Assembly (NCBI GenBank): GCA_037447605.1
Contig: CM074806.1
Span: forward strand, 124,001-188,000
Source: Zygnema circumcarinatum SAG 698-1b
Lineage: Eukaryota; Plantae; Zygnematophyceae
Reading direction: 5' to 3'
DNA length: 64,000 nt
The notes beneath the pieces are model-generated. The model had not been told where the DNA came from. It searched no databases and saw only the letters and a program-made list of their open reading frames with translations. The translations under genes and the position numbers were made by a program. Positions 28,828-39,309 of this stretch are shown piece after piece; position 1 is the first letter of the stretch, and every line of letters begins with the position of its first letter.

Positions 28828-31801
28828 CTACTGAACAAAAAGAGCTCCAAGATACGCGAGCAAGTGAGCAGGGTCTGCCTCAGAAGATCGGTAGGCAACA
28901 TGGTGATCGGGCCTCACAACATGGACCCTAAAGCGATCCCCGACGCAGGTTCTGGAGAAAATGTCCTCTGTGTCCATCACTATCCAGAGGGCAAAACTGT
29001 CCTCCATCTGCCGACCCTTCCTGGACTTGTTCACGATTTGGAGCGGAGTCCAAAGAATGGTGTCATGACGTGCCATGGCTGCTAACCTAGACGTGCTATC
29101 TTCAAGTCCAGGCGTCGGAATAACCCAACGAATTGTTACGTAGGGCCAATACCGAATTAACACACTGGAGACGATGAATTGCATATGCTTCATGTCCATT
29201 GTAGAAGGTTCGAGCCCCGGAAACAGCACAACGTGGTGAGAGCAGCCCGACATCGCCTGATGGAATCGAGAAATTTCAAGGAGGGGAGTGTGCTTCATCT
29301 CGTTAGAGTGTGCCAGTTGAACTCCAAAAGTTGCAATGGGGAAGTCAGGGAGTTTGTTTCCTGGTGCCACTCCCTTCCCTGATAAAGTGCAAAAGTTGTT
29401 TGAGCAAAGACTGAGAACGTTACGCGGTTGGTGATCTTCCACTATGGGGCTGCCTACATAAGCAGCCCCTAGCTGGGAAGCTCCAAGGAGGAGAGCTCTG
29501 CGAGCTGGAGCATAAGTCTGGAGGAGAATAGCACGAAGTTTCCGATTGATCCTTTCATAAAATGTATGGCGGAATGCCATTCGTGTAGCTTCATCCGTTC
29601 CCATCAAAACCTAACCCCAGAAAACAGACCAGTCCACGCGTCTCTTGAGCGGCAGTGTTTTAGCTCATATGATATGAATAATCAGAGCGCTATATGATAT
29701 GAATAATCAGAGCGCTAGATGATAAAGGAACATTTGTGAGGAGATAAAGCATGCAGGAAGTAAGCGAATAAGGTGAAAGACCCACCAGAAAATTCGTCAA
29801 GAGGACAAGGGACGCAAATGATTCATATATTCTAGGATCATAGGGGACTTCAATTTCCCACCTTTTTTGCAATCTTTCGTCGCTCCGCATCATAACTGTC
29901 GAGGAGGTGAGGGGACGCAATGCCTCTCCAAACTAAGGCCAGTTTCCAGGTCAAGTTTGCGACATCTTGAATCCCCATATTGAGGCCCTGAGCTCCGACC
30001 GGACTGTTCACATGTGCTGCGTCTCCAGCGAACAACACATTTCCCTCTCGATATTTCTCGATGATCCTCATGTGAATTCTGAAGGTTGACAACCAAAGAG
30101 GATTATGTGCAACCATTTTTATAGGACACACTCGTGCTATATGTCGTTGGAGCTCGATGAAATCTGCGGGATTCCAAGGCTTCATTTCTTCTACATGGTC
30201 AACATCTGCAGGGGACGCGTAAAGTTGGAGAATAGATCGTTTTCGAACTGCCAAATCGATCCCATAGATCGTTTCTTCCAGCGGTGCCGGTTCCTTACAC
30301 TTCCCTTTCTCCTCCTCCTTTATTTTCTTATCTGGAATCGCCGAAAGGGCTTCTACTATTTTAGGCCACGTAGCTTCAGACGGACCATCGATGATGTCAA
30401 ACACCAAACGATAATAACCCTCGTTTCCAAATGGAATGACGATCATCATGTCTTTACTTCCCTTGAAAAAGAAGCGCACACGTGTGTTGTCAAGTTCCCA
30501 GTTGAGTTTGACATCAGCTAACATGAGCTTCATAGGATATCGCACCCCTTTGAAGGAAAGGCCCAAAGCATCGCGGATCGTGCTACGGTGTCCATCGCAG
30601 GCGACCACATATGAACAGTTGACAGTTTCAAAGCTGCCGTCGTGGTTCCGTGCAGAAAGTTCCACCTTATCCTTGTCCTAAAAGCCAAAAAAAAACCAGT
30701 CAAGAGGCAAAAAATAGAGATCAGTCGACTGCGGGTTGCAGCCCTGTCAAGAATAGAAGCCTCTGGAAATCATGTTTACATGCTCGATCGATACAGAAAG
30801 TGGCAGGAAATAAGGCTCCCTTTGAGGTGCACAGGAAGCCTTGCTAGGTTTTCCTATCACGATGAAAATAACAAGCTTTCCCAAGAAACATTTCAGATGC
30901 TGAAAAACGTTCAAAAGCTGCTGAATTCATACAAAAAACGGCTGGGGCTGAAAAACAAACGAATCAGCTACTGTTAAGTGACAGCCAGATTTAAAAGTCT
31001 GCATAGACTGGATTTACATACTTGACCAAATAAAGTAACCTTTTTATTCCACTCAACATTTACTGCAAGCTGCGTAAGCTTCCGCAGAAGAATTTCCTCA
31101 GTTCTGGACTGCTCTAAAGTGAGTGCAAATGGATAATGGGTCTGCCCTGGACCATGTGATCCGTTTAGTTCATCGAAGCTAACGTCCAGCTCGAGGTAGC
31201 CGTCAATGTACCCCTGCAACCCCTGCACGATTTCACAATTCGGAATACTCAGTTCAGAGTGACTTAAATGATTCATTAGTCCTTTGAGAACTGCAATACT
31301 GACTCGTTAGCTTGACTTCAATTAGCGTTCCAGGTGTAGAACAGAACCCCAGTCTATTCGGAAACAGACAACAGCATTCCGTGGAGCGGATGGAATCAAT
31401 GAAAGTAAATTCAAGTCGAATTCTTAAAGGATAGCGTTTGTTTACACCCTTTAAGGGACTATGTAAAGGAATCTTGCAGACAGACTAGCAGTCTACTTGG
31501 CAGAGGAAATCCTGTGCAAAAGTCACGCGTTCATACATAGTACACAATGCTTTCCTGCCCACCGTCTTCATACCTTCACTTTGTGCCCTTCGGCCATCAA
31601 ATCTTCAACCACTCCGATATCGTCAAACACCTCCAATGTCTTTGGCATAATCCCCAGAGCCTTCGACTTGCTCGTTGGTCCATTCTTCTTTTCAAAGATA
31701 CGAAGAGGTGCTCCATACCGAGCTAGTAAACACGCAGCAGTGAGCCCCACAGGGCCTGCGCCAACCACTGCTATCGGCAGACGCGAGCTTCCGCTGCTCA
31801 T
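28828..31801 (-). CDS. FAD-dependent aromatic monooxygenase (PHBH/PheA/PcpB-like, FAD_binding_3 with C-terminal thioredoxin-like domain), ~675 aa, 4 exons
   Basis: Exons: 31801-31574, 31222-31022, 30677-29862, 29610-28828, all phase 0. Motifs: Rossmann VVGAGPVGL..A..LARYG...RIFEK, SKALGI.PKTLEVFD, YPFAL.LEQSRTE.IL, VVACDGHRSTIRDALG, FAGDAAHVNSPVGAQGLNMGIQDVANLTWKLA, LLDSYDAERR, and C-terminal HVVRPDHHVAYR. Confidence 0.9.
29667..29716. repeat. Exact 25-bp tandem duplication in monooxygenase intron 3
   Basis: ATATGATATGAATAATCAGAGCGCT occurs twice in tandem. Confidence 0.9.
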
Positions 31802-32949
31802 TTTTCAGAGGAAAGTGATGCAGCGACCCGTAACACATTGGCAGAGCAGCTTTTGAAGAGAACGATTTTCACCTCCTTTCCGGACACAAAATTAATACGC
31901 GCAGTCAGACAAAGCATTGCTGCTGCAATATTCGTACAGGACTATGATGGAGAGTTCCATTTCAAAGAGGAGACCACCGTCCATGCTCCTTCGCATGCAA
32001 GAGCATGCACCCGCAGCGGCTTTTAAGACAGCTGCACGTTAACAGATATGAGATTAGAGGTTCTCACTAAACAAACAAGAAAAAGTACTGAGAGAAAGCA
32101 CAGAGTAAGTTACGGTAGCATCAAACCGAACGGAAGTTCAATCAAACAACCAACTTCTTAAACAAACCCAAAAAGGAAACACCCAATTATCCACAATGCC
32201 ACATCGTTCCCACCAAATACCAGATGTAACTGAAACCAATGGACCCATTGGAGTCTGATGTAGGGCCTTTTTTGCGCCCTTCCAAGGCCAACATTCACCA
32301 TGCTTTCAATGTTTTCCTATGCAGTTTTCCACACAAAAGCAACCGTCAGGTTCAACTTTCTGCTTGTCTTTTTAACATTCTTGAATCGCTCAACGCAGTT
32401 GAACAGTACGATTCCAAGGCATGCAAGCTCCATGTTGTTCCGTTGTTGCATGTCCTTCTAAAGCGCTTGTTGGTCCACAAGAGGTTGCAGCGCTCCGTAC
32501 AGGATAGAAGGGATGTGTCTGATCCTGTTATTTTTAAAGAGGAAATAAATTTCACAAAAGTCAGCACCATATGTACAGGGTGCAAAAGCCAAAACGCGGG
32601 GGTGCAGTAGAATTATCCGTACACGGGATTGCCGTACAGCACGGCGCAAATGCCGTACATTCCGCCGGCGCCGCCGGCGTTTGCAAGAGAATTCGGGCAG
32701 ACCGAAAAAGGTCGGCAAAGTCTGTCAGGCTGCCCGTGCGACTCGAGCGACGTCGCCTGCTCGAGTCGTCGGCGAATCGCAGCGCTGTAGGCCTTCGCCC
32801 GTGCGACAAAAGGAAGTCGCAATTGCCCCGTATTTTTTTTAAAATTTTCATCTGCCCTTGGTTACATGTGGTCGCCCTTGTTCCAACTTCATTTCACGGA
32901 AACCGTCGTAGACAACAGCGACGGAACGGCGCGACGGAACGGCGCTATT

Positions 32950-33180
32950 GGATCCCGGGAAGGGGCCCTTCCGATAAAGTAATACGGACGAACTTTATGA
33001 AGGTACCGTTAGATAAAGTAACACACGGCGAATCTCGGGAAGGCGGCGTCCGATAAAGTGAGCCGGGACCGGTTCTTTGGAAGGGACCCTCTCGATAAAG
33101 TGATGTGATGCGAACATTGTGGAAGGGGGCTTTCGATAGAGTGATGCGAGGCGAATCCTGGGAAGGGGCCCTTCGAGAAC
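32950..33180. repeat. Degenerate ~40-bp tandem array (6 units), each with a GAAGGG.CCCTTC-type dyad followed by GATAAAGT
   Basis: GATAAAGT or a variant occurs at 32973, 33012, 33052, 33094, 33135 and 33175 (periods 39-42 bp), each preceded by GAAGG. Confidence 0.85.
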
Positions 33181-33769
33181 TGCTGACAGCTATGGATTTA
33201 GTAGACTGCATTGCGAAGGAAGAAAGAGAGGGAAAGGGGCTCTTTCAGCCGTCTTTTCTTAGATAGCCACGGGGTTGCGAGGCCCAGTTGATGAATTCAT
33301 TTTGGAAAATGTCAATTCCTGTACGATTTGGAGTTAAGTGAGAAATGTCCTGATGGATACGTATCAGAGAATGAAGTTTTGGATCTTGGATTGATTCGAA
33401 TGACAATGAATGCTTGTCAGGGAAGGAAATGAAACGGGGCTGAACAGGTTATGGCAGGCGTGAGAGAATAATTGAGAGGTGCAATTTGCAGAAATGGCGA
33501 CTGTCGGACCATCTCAAATTAACTATGCGCAGCTATTTTCATTTCACATTGCTCTTTATGATCCTCAACCAGGACGAGGTCTTCTGCAAAAGAAGGTTTG
33601 TCCTTGCTTGCCGTCTAATGTCGTTCATAGTGCGGGAACGATACTATGGTAGTGTGGTTCACCATACGTTGCAGAAAGTAAGTATCAAAGACCTTATGGC
33701 TTTGGTAAGTCCCACTGTCGAACTGAGACAGTTGCAGTATAATTTTTGCTTTTGGCAGCTTTTCTGCAG

Positions 33770-36700
33770 CTGTATGCAAGTACATTAACTTGTGCCGCTT
33801 GCGATTGGTTCAGAAGGAAGACTGGAGACGAGGAATACTCCAAGTCGATTTCACTCGCCGAACCCTTTTCTTGCACGAGAAAGATGATATTGTCAACGTA
33901 AGATCAACGAATTATTGAGTAGGCCTTATACTTGTAAGGTTGGGTGGAATCAAAGAAAAAGTTAGCGATGGTCACCTTGGCTTCATATTCAATGACCTGT
34001 AAAGTGAGGAAATCTTGTCTCCGTAGCTGAAAACCAGCCACTTCCCTCGATTCTTGAGTTGCGTGCGATCACAGGTTTCTGGAGGCTGCGCAATTTCTTC
34101 CAACACTACTAGAGGGACCTCTGACGTTGTCACCGGGATGTTATCATACTCGACTGGTGCAGAGCAAGGGCTTCAACGTGTACCGGGATTGCCGAGGAGC
34201 GGAAAACGACAACGACGACTTTTTCCTGTCTATCCAATTTTTGTGAGTTGGACGTTAGAACCGCGAAACGATCTTCCATCTACTGATCGAATGTGTCTCG
34301 TTTACAGCATCCTAAGTGACTGGATTTTTACTGAAATTGCCTGTTGCGAACTTCCAAATGTAAGAAACTAAACGGGCCTTGGCATGAATGAAGCACATAT
34401 GTACGACAGATTTCGCCAGTTCTCTCTTGTAAGGCCATTTTCAGTGTCAAGTTGGTCGCCTAATCGTGCTATTATTTGATTATTTGGAAGAATTTTCGCT
34501 TTCAAGTGCTTTGCTTCCGCTCGGTTCTTTGCGTCTGTCTTCTGTGCAGGTGCTCGGAAAACTCCAATTTGAATGTCTGAAATGAAGCTTGCATGTTTAC
34601 CATTCCAAATGTATCCGTAACTTTGCCGTTTTGGACGCACGGGGGAAACACAGAGATGCGGAATGGCAAGTCGTGGTCCAAAATCTGGCAGAGCGTCGGT
34701 GCTTGGAACACATTTTGCAGGTGCATCTCAAACCCTGTCGAAAAGTTTTTTTCGAGTTATTCATCTGAGAAGCCTCCTAATAAAACATATATACTGAAGT
34801 GTATGGAGTGCGAAGTAGTAGAAGCAGGCCTTTCACGTCGAGTCTACAAAGAGAGACGTCTCCAGTTTCCAAAGTGAGCCTAATGTTGCACTGCTATGGA
34901 CTTAGTGAAGCTACCCTGTAGACCAGAGTCCGTTTTTTTGGGTTTTTAGGGTTGCACTCGGAATCCGGACCTTCGCGCGGTCATGTCTTTGCTTGAAGAA
35001 TAACTTAGACCATGTCAAGCAATCGATTGCATGCTTTGACAACCCTTTAGGGGCTTCGAAACATACATTGTTTTCCCTTGTGCTCGGAAAGATGTGATGC
35101 AGGTTTTCATCCAGCCAAAGATTTAAAAAGCGAGAAGGGAGATTAAAAAACATGAAGGCTGACCTGAAAAAATGAATATCCTAACAGGCTCAAATATTTT
35201 ATATAAGCTCCCTACTTTGGTGTGCATGCTCACCTGTTTGTCTCGGTTGTTGAATGAGGTGTAGCACGTTGCATGGAAGATGCCGGTGGAGGAGGTCATC
35301 AGCAACGGTCGAGGAATACTTGGGCTTGTAAGAAATTCATGTTCGAAAGCATTGCCCCGTTTACAATGTTTGCATCATTTGGCCCGGTGTTTGAAAAAAA
35401 AAAAAGGGGCCGTTGGGCTGAAACCAAACGTTGTTCTATATGCAGAACAAAGCTGTGATAAAAAGTGGACCCTTACTTCGAAAGACGCGCCCTCCCCAGC
35501 TTCTGAAGGACGATTGTTGGCTTGTGCTCGTGCCTGGAAAGCTCTTTGTTCTCAAGGTAAAAAGAATATATATGTCAAGCCCACAAGGAAGAGCCTCGAT
35601 CAACTCTTTAAGTAATACAAACTTCTTACCTCCTCAGCTGCTGGAGGGTTGGTCACTTATAATTTTAGAGCGGTGTCTGCAAGCTGGAATCAAGGAGAAG
35701 AGTCTACTTTACAATATGTCCAAGCTGACCTTGACGTTTTTTTTTTTTTCACGGAAATTGTCAGTGTGAGGACGCGGGAGCGCGGCAGGTCCGACATGCG
35801 ATGTCCCTTATCGGCGCGTCCGTACTGGTGAGGGAAATGGTCTCATACTATTATTGCCGGTCATGTAGCTCCCTTATCTGCAACCAAAGCAATGCTCCTT
35901 AAGGCTGCAGGCCTTGGCCGCATGACATAATATTGCATTTTAATGGATTATCACCTCAGAAGCTCCTCAAAACATATATGGAGTGAATCTGCTAGATATA
36001 AGGATTATTGGCATTATGGAGAGCGTTTCATGAACTGTAGACTGCATCCCTTTTTTCCCAGCATGTGAATCTGGATGAAACAAATGAAAAAAAGATGGAT
36101 GAATACCAGTTGACAAGTGAGGTATGCCATTTTGTTGTGCATCAAATTGTCGTCTTTACTTTTTTGTGATTCGAGGAAGAGTGTCTTGCATGGGTCTAAC
36201 CTGTGGGTGTTTGTGACTGGACAGCAAACCGCAGGGCTGGAATTTCAGATTTTGGCTTCCGGAATCAGGCCGCTGGTTTTTGTGCCTTCCTCTCTTGTGA
36301 GGCTAACTTTTGCCCTCTCATCTATCTGCAAGTGCAGTATTAGTAAAGCCGATAGTTTCCAATTTCCATGCACCTCTGCAGTACAGACTACAGGGTGCAT
36401 ATCTTGTTACATCCTCTATCTCACTCTCATTCATCGCTCTCCCTCCTTCCACTGCGTCCGTTCTCTGATAATTTCTTCCACTCCTCGCTCGTTTTCAACC
36501 ATCGACATTGCATAGTAAAAGACTCTTCCCCGCTGCTGTTTGTGCAGGATGAAACCACCTCCTGGATCAACTACATCAACGCGTCTATTGAGCAGGCTGA
36601 GAAGGAGATGGCAGGGAGAGGTGGCCTTCATTCTGTAGAGGGGAACACTGATCGGTTTCAAACACATGATCGCATTGTGGGTCAAAAAAAGCAGCTGATT

Positions 36701-37744
36701 TCGCAGGTTAACACGCCACCTTCTTCACTTCCCCTTAACGAAGAACAGCGAACCCAGCCGCGAGCCCGGCCTTCTTCTACACCGGTCTTGTCAGGTACAA
36801 CGATTTTGCAATCCTTGAAAAAAAAGGAAGCCGTAGCATCGGTGCATTTCACGGGTGAGAGTATGCCTGGGAGCAGTACTTTCTCGACACTGCGTGGAGA
36901 AGTAAGAGCAGATACCACATTTGTTGCCGTTGGTGGAGGGCGTGAGGCGGAGATACCCATAACTAAAGGAAGCTGCAAGGAAAAGTTGATGCCATTAGAC
37001 TCTCCCACGGCCGTGGAAAGTAAAGTGGCTCAGGTCAAGAGTGTGGGAGGTCTTGAGGGAAGGATGGATAGGAATAGTCCCGTCACCAAACCGCCTGCCA
37101 AAGCAGGAGGACCTCTGTCTAATTTTATAAAAAAGGTTTCGAGAAGTTTGAGTGTCAATCCCAACGTTGTGACACGCAATCCGAATGGACCCTCGTTTGA
37201 GCGCACTTCAAAGACCATTGGCGAGGCATCAAGTAGTTTAAAACAGGCACATGGAACTGTGCAAACCGGTCAGAACGGGGTAAAAGTAGGCGCAGGCGAA
37301 TGTCTTGTTATTGGGAGACCGCATTCAGCATCCTTTTCTTCCGGTATGAGTCCACATAGCCAGTGGAGTGGGACAGCAGGCGAGAGCCACTTCGAAGGAC
37401 GCAAGCGAAGCGTCTCAGTTATTGTTATGGCTGAAGCCGGCCTTGGAGGAAACGCAGCTACTCGACCACAAATGTCACAAAATTTCGCGTCGAAAATTAT
37501 TATCCCCACATTTCCAGTTCAGCATCAGTCATCCGCATCAGCATCCGGCGGAGAAGCGAGGGCCACCTTTTCAGCAGGACTATCAGCACCATCATCTCCG
37601 CCATATTCAATGTGCAGAACATCAAGCACTGCGTCCTGGGAAGGAAGAGAAGTGATTCGTATGCAAGAACCTCTAAACAGACCCCAATCGAACAACAGCA
37701 ACAGCAACATTCATCGCATAGTACTCCACAAGCTACATATATAA
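33770..37744 (+). CDS. Uncharacterised PH-domain protein with a long Ser/Gly-rich disordered C-terminal tail; the 5' exon structure is unresolved
   Basis: Phase-0 exons 35265-35327, 35446-35556, 35765-35827, 36225-36296 and 36548-37744 assemble a PH-like domain: NKAVIKSGPLLRK...DCWLVLVPGKLFVLK|CEDAGARQVRHAMSLIGASVL|QTAGLEFQILASGIRPLVFVPSSL|DETTSWINYINASIEQAEKE. Upstream candidate exons are 33770-33897, 34075-34242 and ~34588-34720. The start is probably near 33.4 kb but is not resolved. Confidence 0.6.
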
Positions 37745-39309
37745 GGGCAGCTGTTCCTTCACTGCAACCTTCACCGTTTCCACTGTCATCCGCGCGGTGT
37801 TCTTCACTCTTCAAATCACAAACGACCAACAGGCCCACGATGGCCTCCTTCCCCTGTAGAGTTCCTGGGGCATAGGGTACGATAGAATGCGTAGGATGAA
37901 ATGGAGGCATATTGGTTGGTCGGTCGGTCAGTCGAGCAGTTTCCTGCAAGATCAATTCGTTAAAAGATTTAGGTTCTGGCTGAAATCGAGCGACTGTCCA
38001 GTGGACGACGCTGACGGCAGATCGCAATGCGTGTTGAAAGAGAATGTTTTTCCTACGTTTTAGAAACAGGTGGTAGGAAAGTTTAAAAAATTGTCTAAAC
38101 AAATTAACACGTGGATGATGGTGTATGTGTTTTACATCATTTTGTCGTGGCATGTTGCATGACCGTCAGATGTTACTCTCTTATGTATGTGTGACTGTGT
38201 TGATTTATGCCTCTTTTAGGTGAGTATTTTTTGAGAAGGCAAGATAGGGCAGGCAATTGGGAAAGCTCGCGGGCATGAAAGCCAGCAAGCCAGAACGAAG
38301 GGCACCTGCGTGCAATTTCATGCCAGCCATGTTGGGTTCTCTAGCGGTGAGTTGTTCAACGGGAAACGAACCGGCATGGAGCCTCGCGCGCTTTTCCAAA
38401 GCCGCTCTTTTTCCGTCCGATTGGCGGGAAGGATCGGAAACCGACATCTTTCTGCAGTAGGTCGGCCACCGACCTAGGTACCAAATCTTGTTGTCTCACC
38501 TGTACGAAACCTACACGGAGCAAATATCCGGATCCATCTTTTACCGCTGGAGTCCAAATCGTGTAATTTTACGTGGCGACTTTCTATTGGGTAATGACGC
38601 TATTAAACCAATAGACGCACTCTGATCCACATTATATCCAGAGTGGGTCGTTCAAAGGTGGAATAAGATCAAGAATATCTTTGCATGTGTACGGACATGA
38701 TACATGTACGGGTACTGTACATGTACTGTACCAGGACATGTACGGAAAGGCGCAAGCGGTGTCGTCTGTTGGCTGATGCGGCCATCCGGTCAGGAACGAA
38801 ATGTTGGCGACGGTTCGGGGTTGGAAATTAAAAAGTTATATGTTTGGAACGGGCTGCCAGAAAACATTGAGAAAATGCTATTGGGAACAATTTAAAAGAT
38901 TTCAGGGCAGTAAGGGAATGTAAGCAAACGTTTTTATCTGCCCTCACTCGTCGCTTATTGGTTTATTTTATTCTTGTCCAACCAGTTGAAGGATTATCCT
39001 GCCCGATTTGCGTTTTGGGCAGACCGTAACATCAAAGAAAAGTTTACCGAACAGTTCAAAAAATTAGGGTTTGAAATCAGATCCCTCATGTTGAAGCTCT
39101 CCGTTGCTCCCTCCTCCAAACCCTAATCTCGTCCCTGCCCCTTCCAAAGCCAACATCCCCTCAACATGTTCACATTCTCTGCATCTCTTTCATTACATGC
39201 CTTTATGTGAGCAAGTCACCTATGCCTTCAGTACTGATCTTCTCTTTCTTCCTCCGTGTAACCTCCCCATCCGCTCCATCCCCATCACCCCTTCCTGCCC
39301 AGCCGATCA

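Noticed and set aside
32240-32530. Exon-like segment upstream of the monooxygenase (minus-strand acceptor near 32525; 123-aa plus-strand ORF 32239-32610)
   Set aside because: No frame gave a recognisable motif (small Tim and CX9C patterns were compared from memory and did not fit). It may be 5'-UTR.
32950-33180. CRISPR-like repeat/spacer appearance of the 40-bp array
   Set aside because: The repeats are degenerate, the 'spacers' share sequence (GCGAA), there are no cas genes and the context is spliceosomal eukaryotic DNA. It is kept only as a tandem dyad array.
34550-34590. In-frame TGA at 34583 after a strong acceptor (34549), suggesting readthrough, selenocysteine or a pseudogene
   Set aside because: An alternative acceptor at AAG 34587 restores phase with the preceding exon. 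There is no SECIS or readthrough context evidence, and it cannot be resolved without cDNA.
37612-37875. Gln-rich alternative frame overlapping the end of the PH gene (possible frameshift)
   Set aside because: The main frame closes normally at 37744 and a short CAA/CAG repeat gives open frames by chance. No slippery site was identified.
38458-38477. Hairpin TAGGTCGG-CCA-CCGACCTA as a Helitron 3' end
   Set aside because: There is no CTRR terminus at the expected ~10-12 nt distance on either strand, and no matching 5' TC end was found.
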